Of a stretch of 32,000 bases of DNA, positions 1-8,200 are shown one piece after another (positions within the stretch are counted from its first letter, which is position 1; each line of letters opens with the position of its first letter). Below the pieces are notes generated by a model that was given only the letters and a program-made list of their open reading frames with translations, was not told the origin of the DNA and searched no databases. A program made the translations under genes and the position numbers. The stretch comes from Acaryochloris thomasi RCC1774 (GTDB taxonomy: Bacteria > Cyanobacteriota > Cyanobacteriia > Thermosynechococcales > Thermosynechococcaceae), in the NCBI RefSeq assembly GCF_003231495.1, contig NZ_PQWO01000012.1, forward strand, positions 60,001 through 92,000, given 5' to 3'.

Positions 1-375
1 CCAATGCTCCTGTCGCCAGGATTCTAGAGTCCGATCCTCTTCACCTTCGTCATAGGCAAACTGAGTATCCACTTCGCTGAAGGATCGAATATTGATCTCT
101 ACTGTTTCAATAATGCAGATAGGGGCACCTTCACCATTCAGAATGACCGTTTTTATCCCCATCATCTCATTGGGATCCGTTTGTTCCACCTCCCATTCCC
201 AAAGAGAGGAACAGGTGGCCGTTTTCACGCCATCTAGAACCAGTTGACCAAGGTCATTCGCGAGCTGGGCTGTATCGCCAAATTGATCAACGAGGTAGGC
301 TGCGTCCGGTTCGGTACCGGCTGGCAGGGCTTTGAGATAGCGATGCCAGCATTGTTCGATCTGTCTCTTGTTCAT
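1..375 (-). CDS. ASCH domain-containing protein (N-terminal 125 codons only; gene runs off the left window edge)
   Basis: Absent from the ORF track because it is truncated by the edge. A minus-strand ATG at 375 opens a frame that stays open to nt 1: MNKRQIEQCWHRYLKALPAGTEPDAAYLVDQFGDTAQLANDLGQLVLDGVKTATCSSLWEWE...FAYDEGEEDRTLESWRQEHW. This fits the ASCH/PUA-like pattern (FGD..la.el..LVl.G.KTAT ... fA.dEGE.DrsLe.Wr..H). Confidence 0.6.
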   Translation of the reverse strand, partial: MNKRQIEQCWHRYLKALPAGTEPDAAYLVDQFGDTAQLANDLGQLVLDGVKTATCSSLWEWEVEQTDPNEMMGIKTVILNGEGAPICIIETVEINIRSFSEVDTQFAYDEGEEDRTLESWRQEHW

Positions 376-1270
376 AGCGATTCTTCGGTGACCAATGATG
401 TTGGAGAAAGGCTCCTGCTTCTGAGATCGCAACTCTCCCCTCCTCCAACATGGGTGCAAACAACTGAAAGCAGTGAATCATGTCTTGCCAAACCTTGAGT
501 TCTACGGCAACGTTGGCCAATGCCGCCTGATGGGCAAGCCGCAGAGCGTCGCCGAGTAAAATCTCTGCTGCCCCGACGTGAATCAGAAGCGGCGGTAGGC
601 CAGATAGATCAGCATAGATCGGTGAGATCAGAGGGTCCTTCACGTTCTCATGGGGAGCATACCAAGCAGTAAGAGTATCCATCAGTGTCCGAGATACCAT
701 CAGATCGAGGTGGCCATGAGTATCAATGGTGGAGCTGGTTTGGGTCAGATCGCAGTAGGGCGAGATCAGTAGCCCTGAAGAAGGCAGTATCTCTTTGGTA
801 TCCCTTAAAGACAGCAGGGCTGCCAAAGCGAGATTGCCCCCAGCGGAGTCGCCTGCGATCGCAACTTGGCTGGGATGAAACCGACGTGTCTCAACAAGCC
901 AGCGATAAGCCGTCAGCGTATCTTCTAGCGCTGCTGGGTAAGGATGCTCCGGTGCAAGGCGATAGTCAATCACCAACACCCTTGCGGATGACGCCTCTGC
1001 TAGATCGCTAGCAATACGTCGATAGGTTTGGCGTGTTCCCATGACAAAACCGCCCCCATGAAGATACAGAATGACGCGATCTGGATCACTATTGGGAAGG
1101 GTAATCAGCTCGGCAGGAACACCATCAGCATCGAGGGTCTGAACCTGGGCTGTGGGATGGGACGGCAGAGAAAAGCAGCGGTTAAAGTTCGCTCTCATCT
1201 CGGCGAGTGTATCGCCCCAAGAAAAATCCTGCAGCATCGAAAGAATGTTGTTCAGTTCATTTTGACTCAT
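287..1270 (-). CDS. alpha/beta hydrolase, hormone-sensitive-lipase-type esterase/lipase
   Basis: 327-aa ORF with the oxyanion motif LHGGGF and the nucleophile elbow GDSAGG, both typical of the alpha/beta hydrolase fold-3 (HSL) family. The C-terminal ~35 aa overlap the next gene. Confidence 0.9.
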   Translation of the reverse strand: MSQNELNNILSMLQDFSWGDTLAEMRANFNRCFSLPSHPTAQVQTLDADGVPAELITLPNSDPDRVILYLHGGGFVMGTRQTYRRIASDLAEASSARVLVIDYRLAPEHPYPAALEDTLTAYRWLVETRRFHPSQVAIAGDSAGGNLALAALLSLRDTKEILPSSGLLISPYCDLTQTSSTIDTHGHLDLMVSRTLMDTLTAWYAPHENVKDPLISPIYADLSGLPPLLIHVGAAEILLGDALRLAHQAALANVAVELKVWQDMIHCFQLFAPMLEEGRVAISEAGAFLQHHWSPKNRYEQETDRTMLASLSQSPASRYRTGRSLPR

Positions 1271-1353
1271 GATTAAGAAGGCTCCATATGAAGAACTGAA
1301 GGAAACGCAAGTACGAGGCTGTCTCTACGCTCCACTTAGCTGTTTGGTTTGGA

Positions 1354-1923
1354 CTATGCTTCGATCTGAATCTGAGGCACGATACTTACAGGGTTGGCCA
1401 TATTCCATAGGTTGGGCGAAGCCATCAGGGTCATCTCATAGATCTCTTGGAACTGTTTAGCGGTTGCGTCTCCTTTGACGATCAGTGTCCAATACAGTGA
1501 CTGACAACCAGGGACAATACTGGGATCGAGTCCAAAGAATCCACGCAGGTCTAAATACCCGCTGCTTTTAATCTCTGCCTTCTCTAGGCGAATTCCGTAG
1601 GCGGTGCAAAGCTCAGTGAAGGTTGCCAGAATGCAGGAATTAATTGCCGATAGCAGCACCTCTTGGGGATTGGGGCCCAAGTTTGAGCCACCGATTTCTT
1701 TTGGCTCATCAATCACCAGGGTGAAATCGCGATCATAGGTTTCACTGCCCCAATCAAAGGACTTGACGTGAGAGATAGAACGGGGACCGTCGACCCAGGC
1801 GCTTGAGACCTGGAAGGTTAGCTTGGCCTGGAGGGGATTGGTTGCGATCGCACCCGATAACTCTTCGAGTTCATTGAGATCAAAACCATTGAGAGTCTGT
1901 GCTTGTTGAGTTTGCATCATCAT
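1354..1923 (-). CDS. OsmC/Ohr family protein (peroxiredoxin-like)
   Basis: 189-aa ORF with GPNPQEVLLSAINSCILATF (the OsmC signature G.NP.ElLl.Al..C) and a second Cys in VPGCQS. Confidence 0.75.
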   Translation of the reverse strand: MMMQTQQAQTLNGFDLNELEELSGAIATNPLQAKLTFQVSSAWVDGPRSISHVKSFDWGSETYDRDFTLVIDEPKEIGGSNLGPNPQEVLLSAINSCILATFTELCTAYGIRLEKAEIKSSGYLDLRGFFGLDPSIVPGCQSLYWTLIVKGDATAKQFQEIYEMTLMASPNLWNMANPVSIVPQIQIEA

Positions 1924-2000
1924 TTTCCTTATCTAGAAATATAGAGGTCATTGAATAGAGTGATAGGTGCCCCCATTCGTTGTCTTGCTGAAGCATTGCC

Positions 2001-2930
2001 TCAAGAGAAAGCCTGCGTTGTCTCAGCAATCAGGTCATACCCATCAGGCCCTAACGTGCGCACGCTCTCTACAAAGTTGGGGTGGGTCATCCCTGCAACA
2101 AGAAAGGTTTGCTGATAGGAAACCGTTTGTTGTTGCTGAATCGCTTCTCTGTCAGTGAGAGAAAGCGATCGCTCGGTCACTCGCTCCAGACTGTCAATAT
2201 CGAGCTGCACCTGGTTTATCAGTCCTGCATTGAGGTACTGAATAACAGCGATGTAATCATCAATGCCGGTGGCAATGGCTGCAGCATCTAAGTCTCGGGC
2301 CATTGACTGCACCATCAGCGTATCGAGTCGAGCGTGTTGGGCTTCTTCCTGCCAGTGATGCTTTAACAGACTGCAGAACTGCGGATCGAGGTTCTCTCGC
2401 TGATTTTCACGCACGCTTTCGAGAAAGTGACGTTGGGTCATCCATTCAATGTGTAGTGTCATCAGAGCGACACCGAGAGAACTGTGCTGGAGAATGAAAC
2501 GGGCGATCGCCGATGATGGACCAATACAGTCATAAGGACTGCCGAACCCAGCTTCAAAAGCTTCTGCAAACCGACGGAACAAATGGATATGCTTGCTTTC
2601 TTCGCTTGCAACGCCCAGGAAAGCTTGAGTTGCTTCAATCTCATCACTGCCAATCGCCTGAATATGATTAACCACTAAGGGCAAGATGGCTTCCTCTAAA
2701 ACGCTAAATAAATATAAGTAGCTGTTGCCGCGAATCTGGTTGAGCTTAAGTTGCTCTGCAGAACTCAGGCTGGCGATGGCCCCTGTGTGAGCGAGTCCCT
2801 CAGGGAGGAAGGGTTTGAAAAAATCAAGCGAGTTTTTATCGTTAATCAAATCCTGGACACGCCAGTTGATTTTGGTCGCGTCTTTCAAGATTGATGAATA
2901 GGTATTGTCATAAGTTATAAGAGCGGCCAT
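2001..2930 (-). CDS. ferritin-like diiron oxygenase (AurF / N-oxygenase-like family)
   Basis: 309-aa helical ORF with two ExxH diiron motifs (ASEESKHIHLF and WQEEAQHARLD) plus additional conserved Glu (VLEEAIL, HIEWMTQRH). The layout resembles AurF-type diiron oxygenases. Confidence 0.7.
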   Translation of the reverse strand: MAALITYDNTYSSILKDATKINWRVQDLINDKNSLDFFKPFLPEGLAHTGAIASLSSAEQLKLNQIRGNSYLYLFSVLEEAILPLVVNHIQAIGSDEIEATQAFLGVASEESKHIHLFRRFAEAFEAGFGSPYDCIGPSSAIARFILQHSSLGVALMTLHIEWMTQRHFLESVRENQRENLDPQFCSLLKHHWQEEAQHARLDTLMVQSMARDLDAAAIATGIDDYIAVIQYLNAGLINQVQLDIDSLERVTERSLSLTDREAIQQQQTVSYQQTFLVAGMTHPNFVESVRTLGPDGYDLIAETTQAFS

Positions 2931-2996
2931 GAAACCTCTTGTTTTTGAGTGAAAGTTGCTGAGTTGCCGAAAGCGTGTTGCCTCAACCTTGATTTC

Positions 2997-3050
2997 AGGC
3001 TAGAGAAGAGGGCGTTCCCGAAGCGTTCTTGAAACGTTCCTGAGACGTCT
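2997..3050 (-). promoter_or_regulatory. candidate promoter plus activator operator: four 11-bp-phased direct repeats abutting a -10 box (site A)
   Basis: On the plus strand CGTTC occurs at 3013, 3024 and 3035, and CGTCT at 3046, in exact 11-nt phase. In gene sense the array ends ...GGGAACGC, followed by 9 nt (CCTCTTCTC) and TAGCCT (TAnnnT, plus 2997-3002). The start codon of the diiron oxygenase is at 2930. The block is nearly identical to 15876-15907. Confidence 0.6.
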
Positions 3051-3338
3051 GGTCCTATTGGGAACAGGCACTGTTATGCCTTCAAACTGGGGTTCTCCAA
3101 AGGCGGTAAAGTCATTGAGATTAAGCGGGTCGGCATTGCCCTTCTGCAGCACAGCCAGCTGAGTACTGCCAAGGCGGAGGGTCGCCTTGTTCGCTTACTG
3201 AATAACGTCAAGATCTTCAAAGAGGAGTCCGTTCGACAGTCCGATCGGGTCTACAACTGTTGGAGAATTCCAGACACAAAAAAGCCGCCCTGGAGAACGG
3301 CCTTGGTAAATCCAATTGCTCTAAAAAACAGAGTCTGA
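3033..3338 (+). pseudogene. possible remnant of a LysR-type regulator (C-terminal substrate-binding part only)
   Basis: A stop-to-stop frame of 101 codons contains no ATG, GTG or TTG. It translates to ...KVIEIKRVGIALLQHSQLSTAKAEGRLVRLLNNVKIFKEESVRQSDRVYNCWRIPDTKKPPWRTALVNPI. This resembles the LysR C-terminal pattern (GlGIalLP......l..GrLV.ll........ly.vwr....sp..raf). The HTH and first ~200 aa are absent. Confidence 0.3.
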
Positions 3339-3348
3339 AATACTATGC

Positions 3349-4101
3349 TCACGTCAGGTTGAGTCCACCATCAGAGAGTAATATCTCGCCTGTAATGTAG
3401 TGGCTCACAATTAACATAGAAGCCACTTGTGCGATTTCTTCTGGCTGTGCGCCTCGACCCATAGGCGCCCGCATCTTCCAAAGCTCTCTTGCGGCAGTCC
3501 AATTCTGGCTCATAGGGGTGTTCACTAGGCCGGGTGCGATCGCATTCACCCGAATCGATGGTGCCAAACTCACCGCCAGCAATTTGGTCATATGGTTCAA
3601 AGCAGCTTTACTGACCGAATAGGGAACCGAAGCTCCCTTCGGTCGAATCCCGGCATGGGAACTGATATTTAGAATGCAGCTTGGGCATTCCTGACTTGAG
3701 GACTGGCGCAACGCGGCTTCAGCTTCGGTGATCAGTGTCCACGGCGCAATGACGTTGACTTCATACAGATCGCGCCAGATTTCCGGCGATGCTTCTTTTA
3801 ATGCCGTATGGGGGATTGCGGCGGTCACGCCAGCATTATTAACCAATGCATCTAGGCGACCGTAATGAGATAAAACCTCAGCGATTAACTGACGAGCTTG
3901 ATCTTGATCTGATAGATCAGCTTGGAAATAGGAGGCATCTGGGTATGCCGCAGCTAATTCTCGCCCTGCCGTCACGGAGGATTTGGAATGAAAGGCAACA
4001 GCGAAGTTGTCTCGAGCGAGCTGAGCTGCGATCGCTTTTCCAATGCCAGAAGTTGAGCCCGTCACCAGCGCAACTCTTTTGGGGTCCTTATCTCTGATCA
4101 C
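3349..4101 (-). CDS. SDR family oxidoreductase (short-chain dehydrogenase/reductase)
   Basis: 250 aa with the cofactor motif VTGSTSGIGKAIA, NNAG, and the catalytic S...YSVSKAA (YxxxK). Confidence 0.9.
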   Translation of the reverse strand: MIRDKDPKRVALVTGSTSGIGKAIAAQLARDNFAVAFHSKSSVTAGRELAAAYPDASYFQADLSDQDQARQLIAEVLSHYGRLDALVNNAGVTAAIPHTALKEASPEIWRDLYEVNVIAPWTLITEAEAALRQSSSQECPSCILNISSHAGIRPKGASVPYSVSKAALNHMTKLLAVSLAPSIRVNAIAPGLVNTPMSQNWTAARELWKMRAPMGRGAQPEEIAQVASMLIVSHYITGEILLSDGGLNLT

Positions 4102-4285
4102 AACTTGGCGCTTCTCATTTTGCTAAACTCAACCGACCGAGCCGTCCCCTAGAACTGATTTCAAACTATTCAGACCGGCACTCTCAAAGTGTTCTCTGGA
4201 CTTTGCAGCAATTCTTACACCTGGAGGAAGATGCCAATACCACTTCGAGAATGGCTAATCAGAAGCTCTCTACTGATGCGATGAT

Positions 4286-4678
4286 CTAAGAATGAACCTC
4301 ACTGACAATCATTGCATCGATCTCCACGAGTTGATGCTCATAGGCCAGTCGCGCTACGCCCAGTAATGTAGCTGGGGGGACATCATTGTTGAACCACTCC
4401 GTAACCGCCTGCCATGCAGCCATGAGAGTTGGATGATCTCCAACGACGTAGATTTTTAGCTGGCGAATATCACGTTTATCAAAACCATGCAGCGTGATTA
4501 GCGTTCGCAAATTACCAAGGCACTGATTCACCTGAACATGGGGCTTGCCGATGCCAACCAGATTTGCCTCAGAATCGTGCGGCACCTGACCGGAAATGAA
4601 CAGTTGTGGACCAATGCGCTGAGCATATTGGTAGTTAGGAGTCTGGGCTAGCCCTGCTGCTATTTCATGCTCGTTCAC
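4286..4678 (-). CDS. RidA/YjgF/endoribonuclease L-PSP family protein
   Basis: 130 aa with LFISGQVP..., IKIYVVG and a C-terminal LVEIDAMI, typical of the RidA fold. Confidence 0.8.
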   Translation of the reverse strand: MNEHEIAAGLAQTPNYQYAQRIGPQLFISGQVPHDSEANLVGIGKPHVQVNQCLGNLRTLITLHGFDKRDIRQLKIYVVGDHPTLMAAWQAVTEWFNNDVPPATLLGVARLAYEHQLVEIDAMIVSEVHS

Positions 4679-4827
4679 TTCAGGTTCCTTGTTAGATTTT
4701 CAGCTTTGTGAGAGATCAAGAGTCTTTGGGCCTATTCTTTCGATTACGTTTGAGCTGAACGCTGGTTACTGAGGCTCAGTATTGCAGCCTTACTTGAACC
4801 GCAGAGGCTGAGCGCAAATCCTGAGCA

Positions 4828-5100
4828 TCAATGAGAGGCGGCGGCCACTGCAGGCGTAATCAGATCGACGGTCCAAATGCGGACAAAAGGTAGCCCAGCT
4901 TTACGAAAGGACCGCTGGACGGTCTCAGCATCAGGAGCCTCAAATTCACAGATGACCTGGGTGCGATCGCAACCCATCATCGACCTCACCCAGTGAACGT
5001 TGTGGGCTGTATGGCAAGGAATGCCAATGGCAACATCTCGGTCCCATTTTTCTGGTGTAATCGGTGGATCAAAATGCTTTTCAACAAGGACGCGGACCAT
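4828..5100 (-). CDS. DUF4242 domain protein (SCO4226-like small alpha/beta protein)
   Basis: 90 aa. The pattern ...HWVRSMMGCDRTQVICEFEAPDAETVQRSFRKAGLPFVRIWTV matches the DUF4242 consensus as I recall it (W..s..s.D......C.yeApd.e.vre...raglp.d.i.ev). Confidence 0.55.
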   Translation of the reverse strand: MVRVLVEKHFDPPITPEKWDRDVAIGIPCHTAHNVHWVRSMMGCDRTQVICEFEAPDAETVQRSFRKAGLPFVRIWTVDLITPAVAAASH

Positions 5101-5244
5101 AGGTCAAATCACAATTCAAGATCACGAACAGTTGACTGGACACGGGCTGCCTCAGATCCCAACTGATTTAAAGGCGGATGGGTACTGATCAGATTGTAGC
5201 TAATCACTGTTGGGGGCAAGCGTAATCCAGTCGAATAGGCGGAA

Positions 5245-8200
5245 CTAAGCTGTGTGGATAGGAGCGTCTAGCTGGGTCGATATATTTGCGATCGCAACTC
5301 TAGCCCGAGCAGCCAGACCCAGCGGATTTATTTTCTGCAGGTCTCGAAAATGCGTCTCAGCAAGCTCAAGCTCGCCAATTGCTAGATAACCCTGAATCAA
5401 CGTTGCCAACACCAGGGCAACATCACTAGGATGATCAACAACTCGGGCTGCCTCCAGCGCCATTTGGCATCGGGAGATAGCGCGTTGGGGTTCGCCTCGC
5501 TCCAAGTCTTTCTCCGCAGCGGACGTCAGCGTATAGGCCAGACTTCGCTGAGCATCGACGCATTTCAGCCTGTCTAACGTCTGTTCTAACTCCGTTTCAG
5601 CTTCTGAAGGCTGCAGCCAGTATTGCGATAAAGCCACCAGCGCCGCTGCAACAGCCCCTTCATTGCCACCGCCAAGCTGAGCGGCAACAGTCGTGAGTTG
5701 CCGACAATAATCTAATGCCGCAATCGCATTTCCGCTTTCAAGTTCTAGCATCGCTAAATATGAAACACAGGTGAATTCTCGCCAGTGATCCTGCATATAT
5801 TGGGCAATCTGCCGCGCCTGCGTCAGCAACAGACGCGCCTGCTCATCGTCACCGTGATACCGGCGAACACAGCCTAGCCCACAGGGAATATCGAAGGGTT
5901 CTAGCCCGACTCGACTAGCCAGAGATTGAGCCTCTAACAGCAGAGCCTCAGCCCGCTCCATCTCGCGGCCAATATCCGATAGACACCAGCCTGTATAGGC
6001 CAGCATTTGAGCCATCACGGTAGGACTTGCGCTGCGACCTTGTTCTACGGCCTTCAGACACTGTTGATGGACATCTGCGAGATTGTCTTGCTCATAGTGC
6101 AGCGCAATCAGAACTTCTAGCCCTAGAGCCTCTTCATCTGGCAGGCTGAGTCTTCGGGCCTCTAGCAGTAGCTGGTTCAAGCTGACTTCGACCTGCTGGG
6201 CCTGCACTTTATCCATCCCAGCCAGCACACAAACCTTGAGCAGACGCAAATGCAGACTGATTCGGACTTCAGGTGGTAAAGATTGGCACTGTTCAATCCC
6301 CCACCGCGCCAGTGCTGCGGCATCAGTATAGGCAAACAGGCGCAGGCCGCGTTCGGCTGCTGCCAGTAGAGATGTCGCGGCAAGTTCAGGATCCTGCCCT
6401 ATGGCTGCGTGACGGGCAATATCACTGGCTAAAGCGTCATCAGAACTCGTCAGTTTCTGTAGCTGGTGAGCGATATGTCGATGCATCAGCCGTCGACGAG
6501 GCTCAGAGGGTTGGCCATAGGCAACCTGTCGGACAACATCATGGGTAAAGAGATAGACCGCTTCACCGTCATCCCTAATGTCTGGACTGAGAATACCCTG
6601 CTGTTCTAGCTCTTCTATCGCGGTCAAGAAGGTTGTCAGCGGACAGTCCGCGATCTGAGCGACCTGCATTGGATCAAAGCTGCGCCCCATTGCTGCAGCC
6701 CAGGTCAAAAGATCCTGTGTAGAAGTGTCGAGCTGCTGCAGCCGCTCCTGAACTAGCGCCTCTAAGTTGTCAGCATCCGCTGAGTAGCCAGATGCGATCG
6801 TACGCGCAATTTCCAGGGCAAACAGGGGATTGCCACCGCTGTCGGTATAGATGCGATCGCTATCCAAATCCGCGTCAATGGTCTGGGTCAGCTCCGTCGT
6901 GGCCTGACGATCCAATGGCTCTAGGGGGATGACTTGGAGTTTGCGATCGCGTCTGAGCGTTTTCACGAGCTGACAAGCTGCGGCGTTGGCTTCCAGATCT
7001 CGGTGACGGGCTGCACAGGCAAACTGAATCGACGAGTGTCCCAACAGGCAAACAACATAGTTCAGCAGGGCCGTCGAAATTTCATCAAGCCATTGAATGT
7101 CGTCAAAAATGATCACCAGCGGGACTGACTGCTTCGCCAGCCCAGTCAGGTATTCAGCCACTGCATCGAAGAGGCGACTACGATCGATCTGAAGTTCCGG
7201 GTCACCCGGCTCAGGGAAGAGTGTTCCCAGTTCAGCAGGGAGCTGGCTAGGCAGCGCATCCAGCCAAATGCTGAAGGGCCTGACTTTTTCAGCTTCAAAC
7301 CCACGTCCCCAAAGCACCTGTCCCCCCATATCCTGGACCGCTGAACGCAGCGTTTCCAGAACTCGGGTTTTGCCAATGCCTGATTCTCCTAGCAACAGCA
7401 GAGATAAGTGAGAGCCGAGCCACCCTTGAATCATTTCCCATTCTTGCCGACGTCCGATGAGAGATGACGTTGAGGGTAGAGTCGCGAGTGGCTTCCCCTG
7501 AGAAGCGGCTATAGGAACGTTAGATATCTCAGCATTCGTCGCTGCAGCGGTCTTAATTTGCTCAACAGCACCCAACTGCTTGAGCGACATTCTCTGAGCT
7601 TCGGTTAGCCCCCTTGCATGGAGGATATTGGTTCTGTCATAGGGGCGCGCACCGCGCAGGACCGCCACACATTCGCCCGTTTCTCGGTCCCAGAGGTGAA
7701 CCGTTTCATCCTGGCTGCCGCTAGCCAGCAGGTGACCCTCAGGGCTAAAGGTTACGGCCCAAGCCAGATTGGTGTGTCCCTCCAAGGTCTGGAGACAGCC
7801 TCCTGTTCGTACATCCCAGAGCTTGACTGTTTTATCGCTGCTGGCGCTGGCGAGACATTGACCATCAGGACTAAAGGCCACGGACCACACCCGACTGCTG
7901 TGACCTTCGAGTGTTTTCAAGCACTGGCCCGTTTTCAGATTCCAGAGCTTGATGGAATGGTCTCCGCTACCGCTGGCGAGGTGTTGCCCATCGGGACTCA
8001 AGGCAATGGACCAGACCCAGTTGCTGTGCCCCTCAAGGGTCTGACAGCAGGCTCCCGTAAAAGGATCCCAAATTTTAATGGTTTGGTCATAGCCACCACT
8101 GACCAACCTGAGGGATTCGGCTGGGCAAAAAGCCACTGAACAGACCCAGTTTGTGTGCCCCTTCAACGTGCGTAAGCATTGGCCCGTATGGACATCCCAA

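Noticed and set aside
5211-5244. GGGGCAAGCGT 11-mer shared with site B, followed by GCGTAATCCAG TCGAATAGGCG, just downstream of the giant gene and upstream of the DUF4242 gene
   Set aside because: Only the first unit resembles the repeat consensus. The following 11-mers are unrelated, and no TAnnnT hexamer lies at the 9-nt position (it reads ACAGTG). This is probably coincidental partial similarity.
7618-8139. 173-aa plus-strand ORF, and similar plus-strand or out-of-frame ORFs at 6273..6548, 8442..8780, 9221..9445, 9558..9827, 10875..11297 and 11562..11798, all inside the giant gene
   Set aside because: All lie wholly within the 2175-aa minus-strand ORF, whose domain content is unambiguous. 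Their translations are low-complexity mirror images of the WD40 and TPR coding sequence with no recognisable motifs. They are shadow ORFs.
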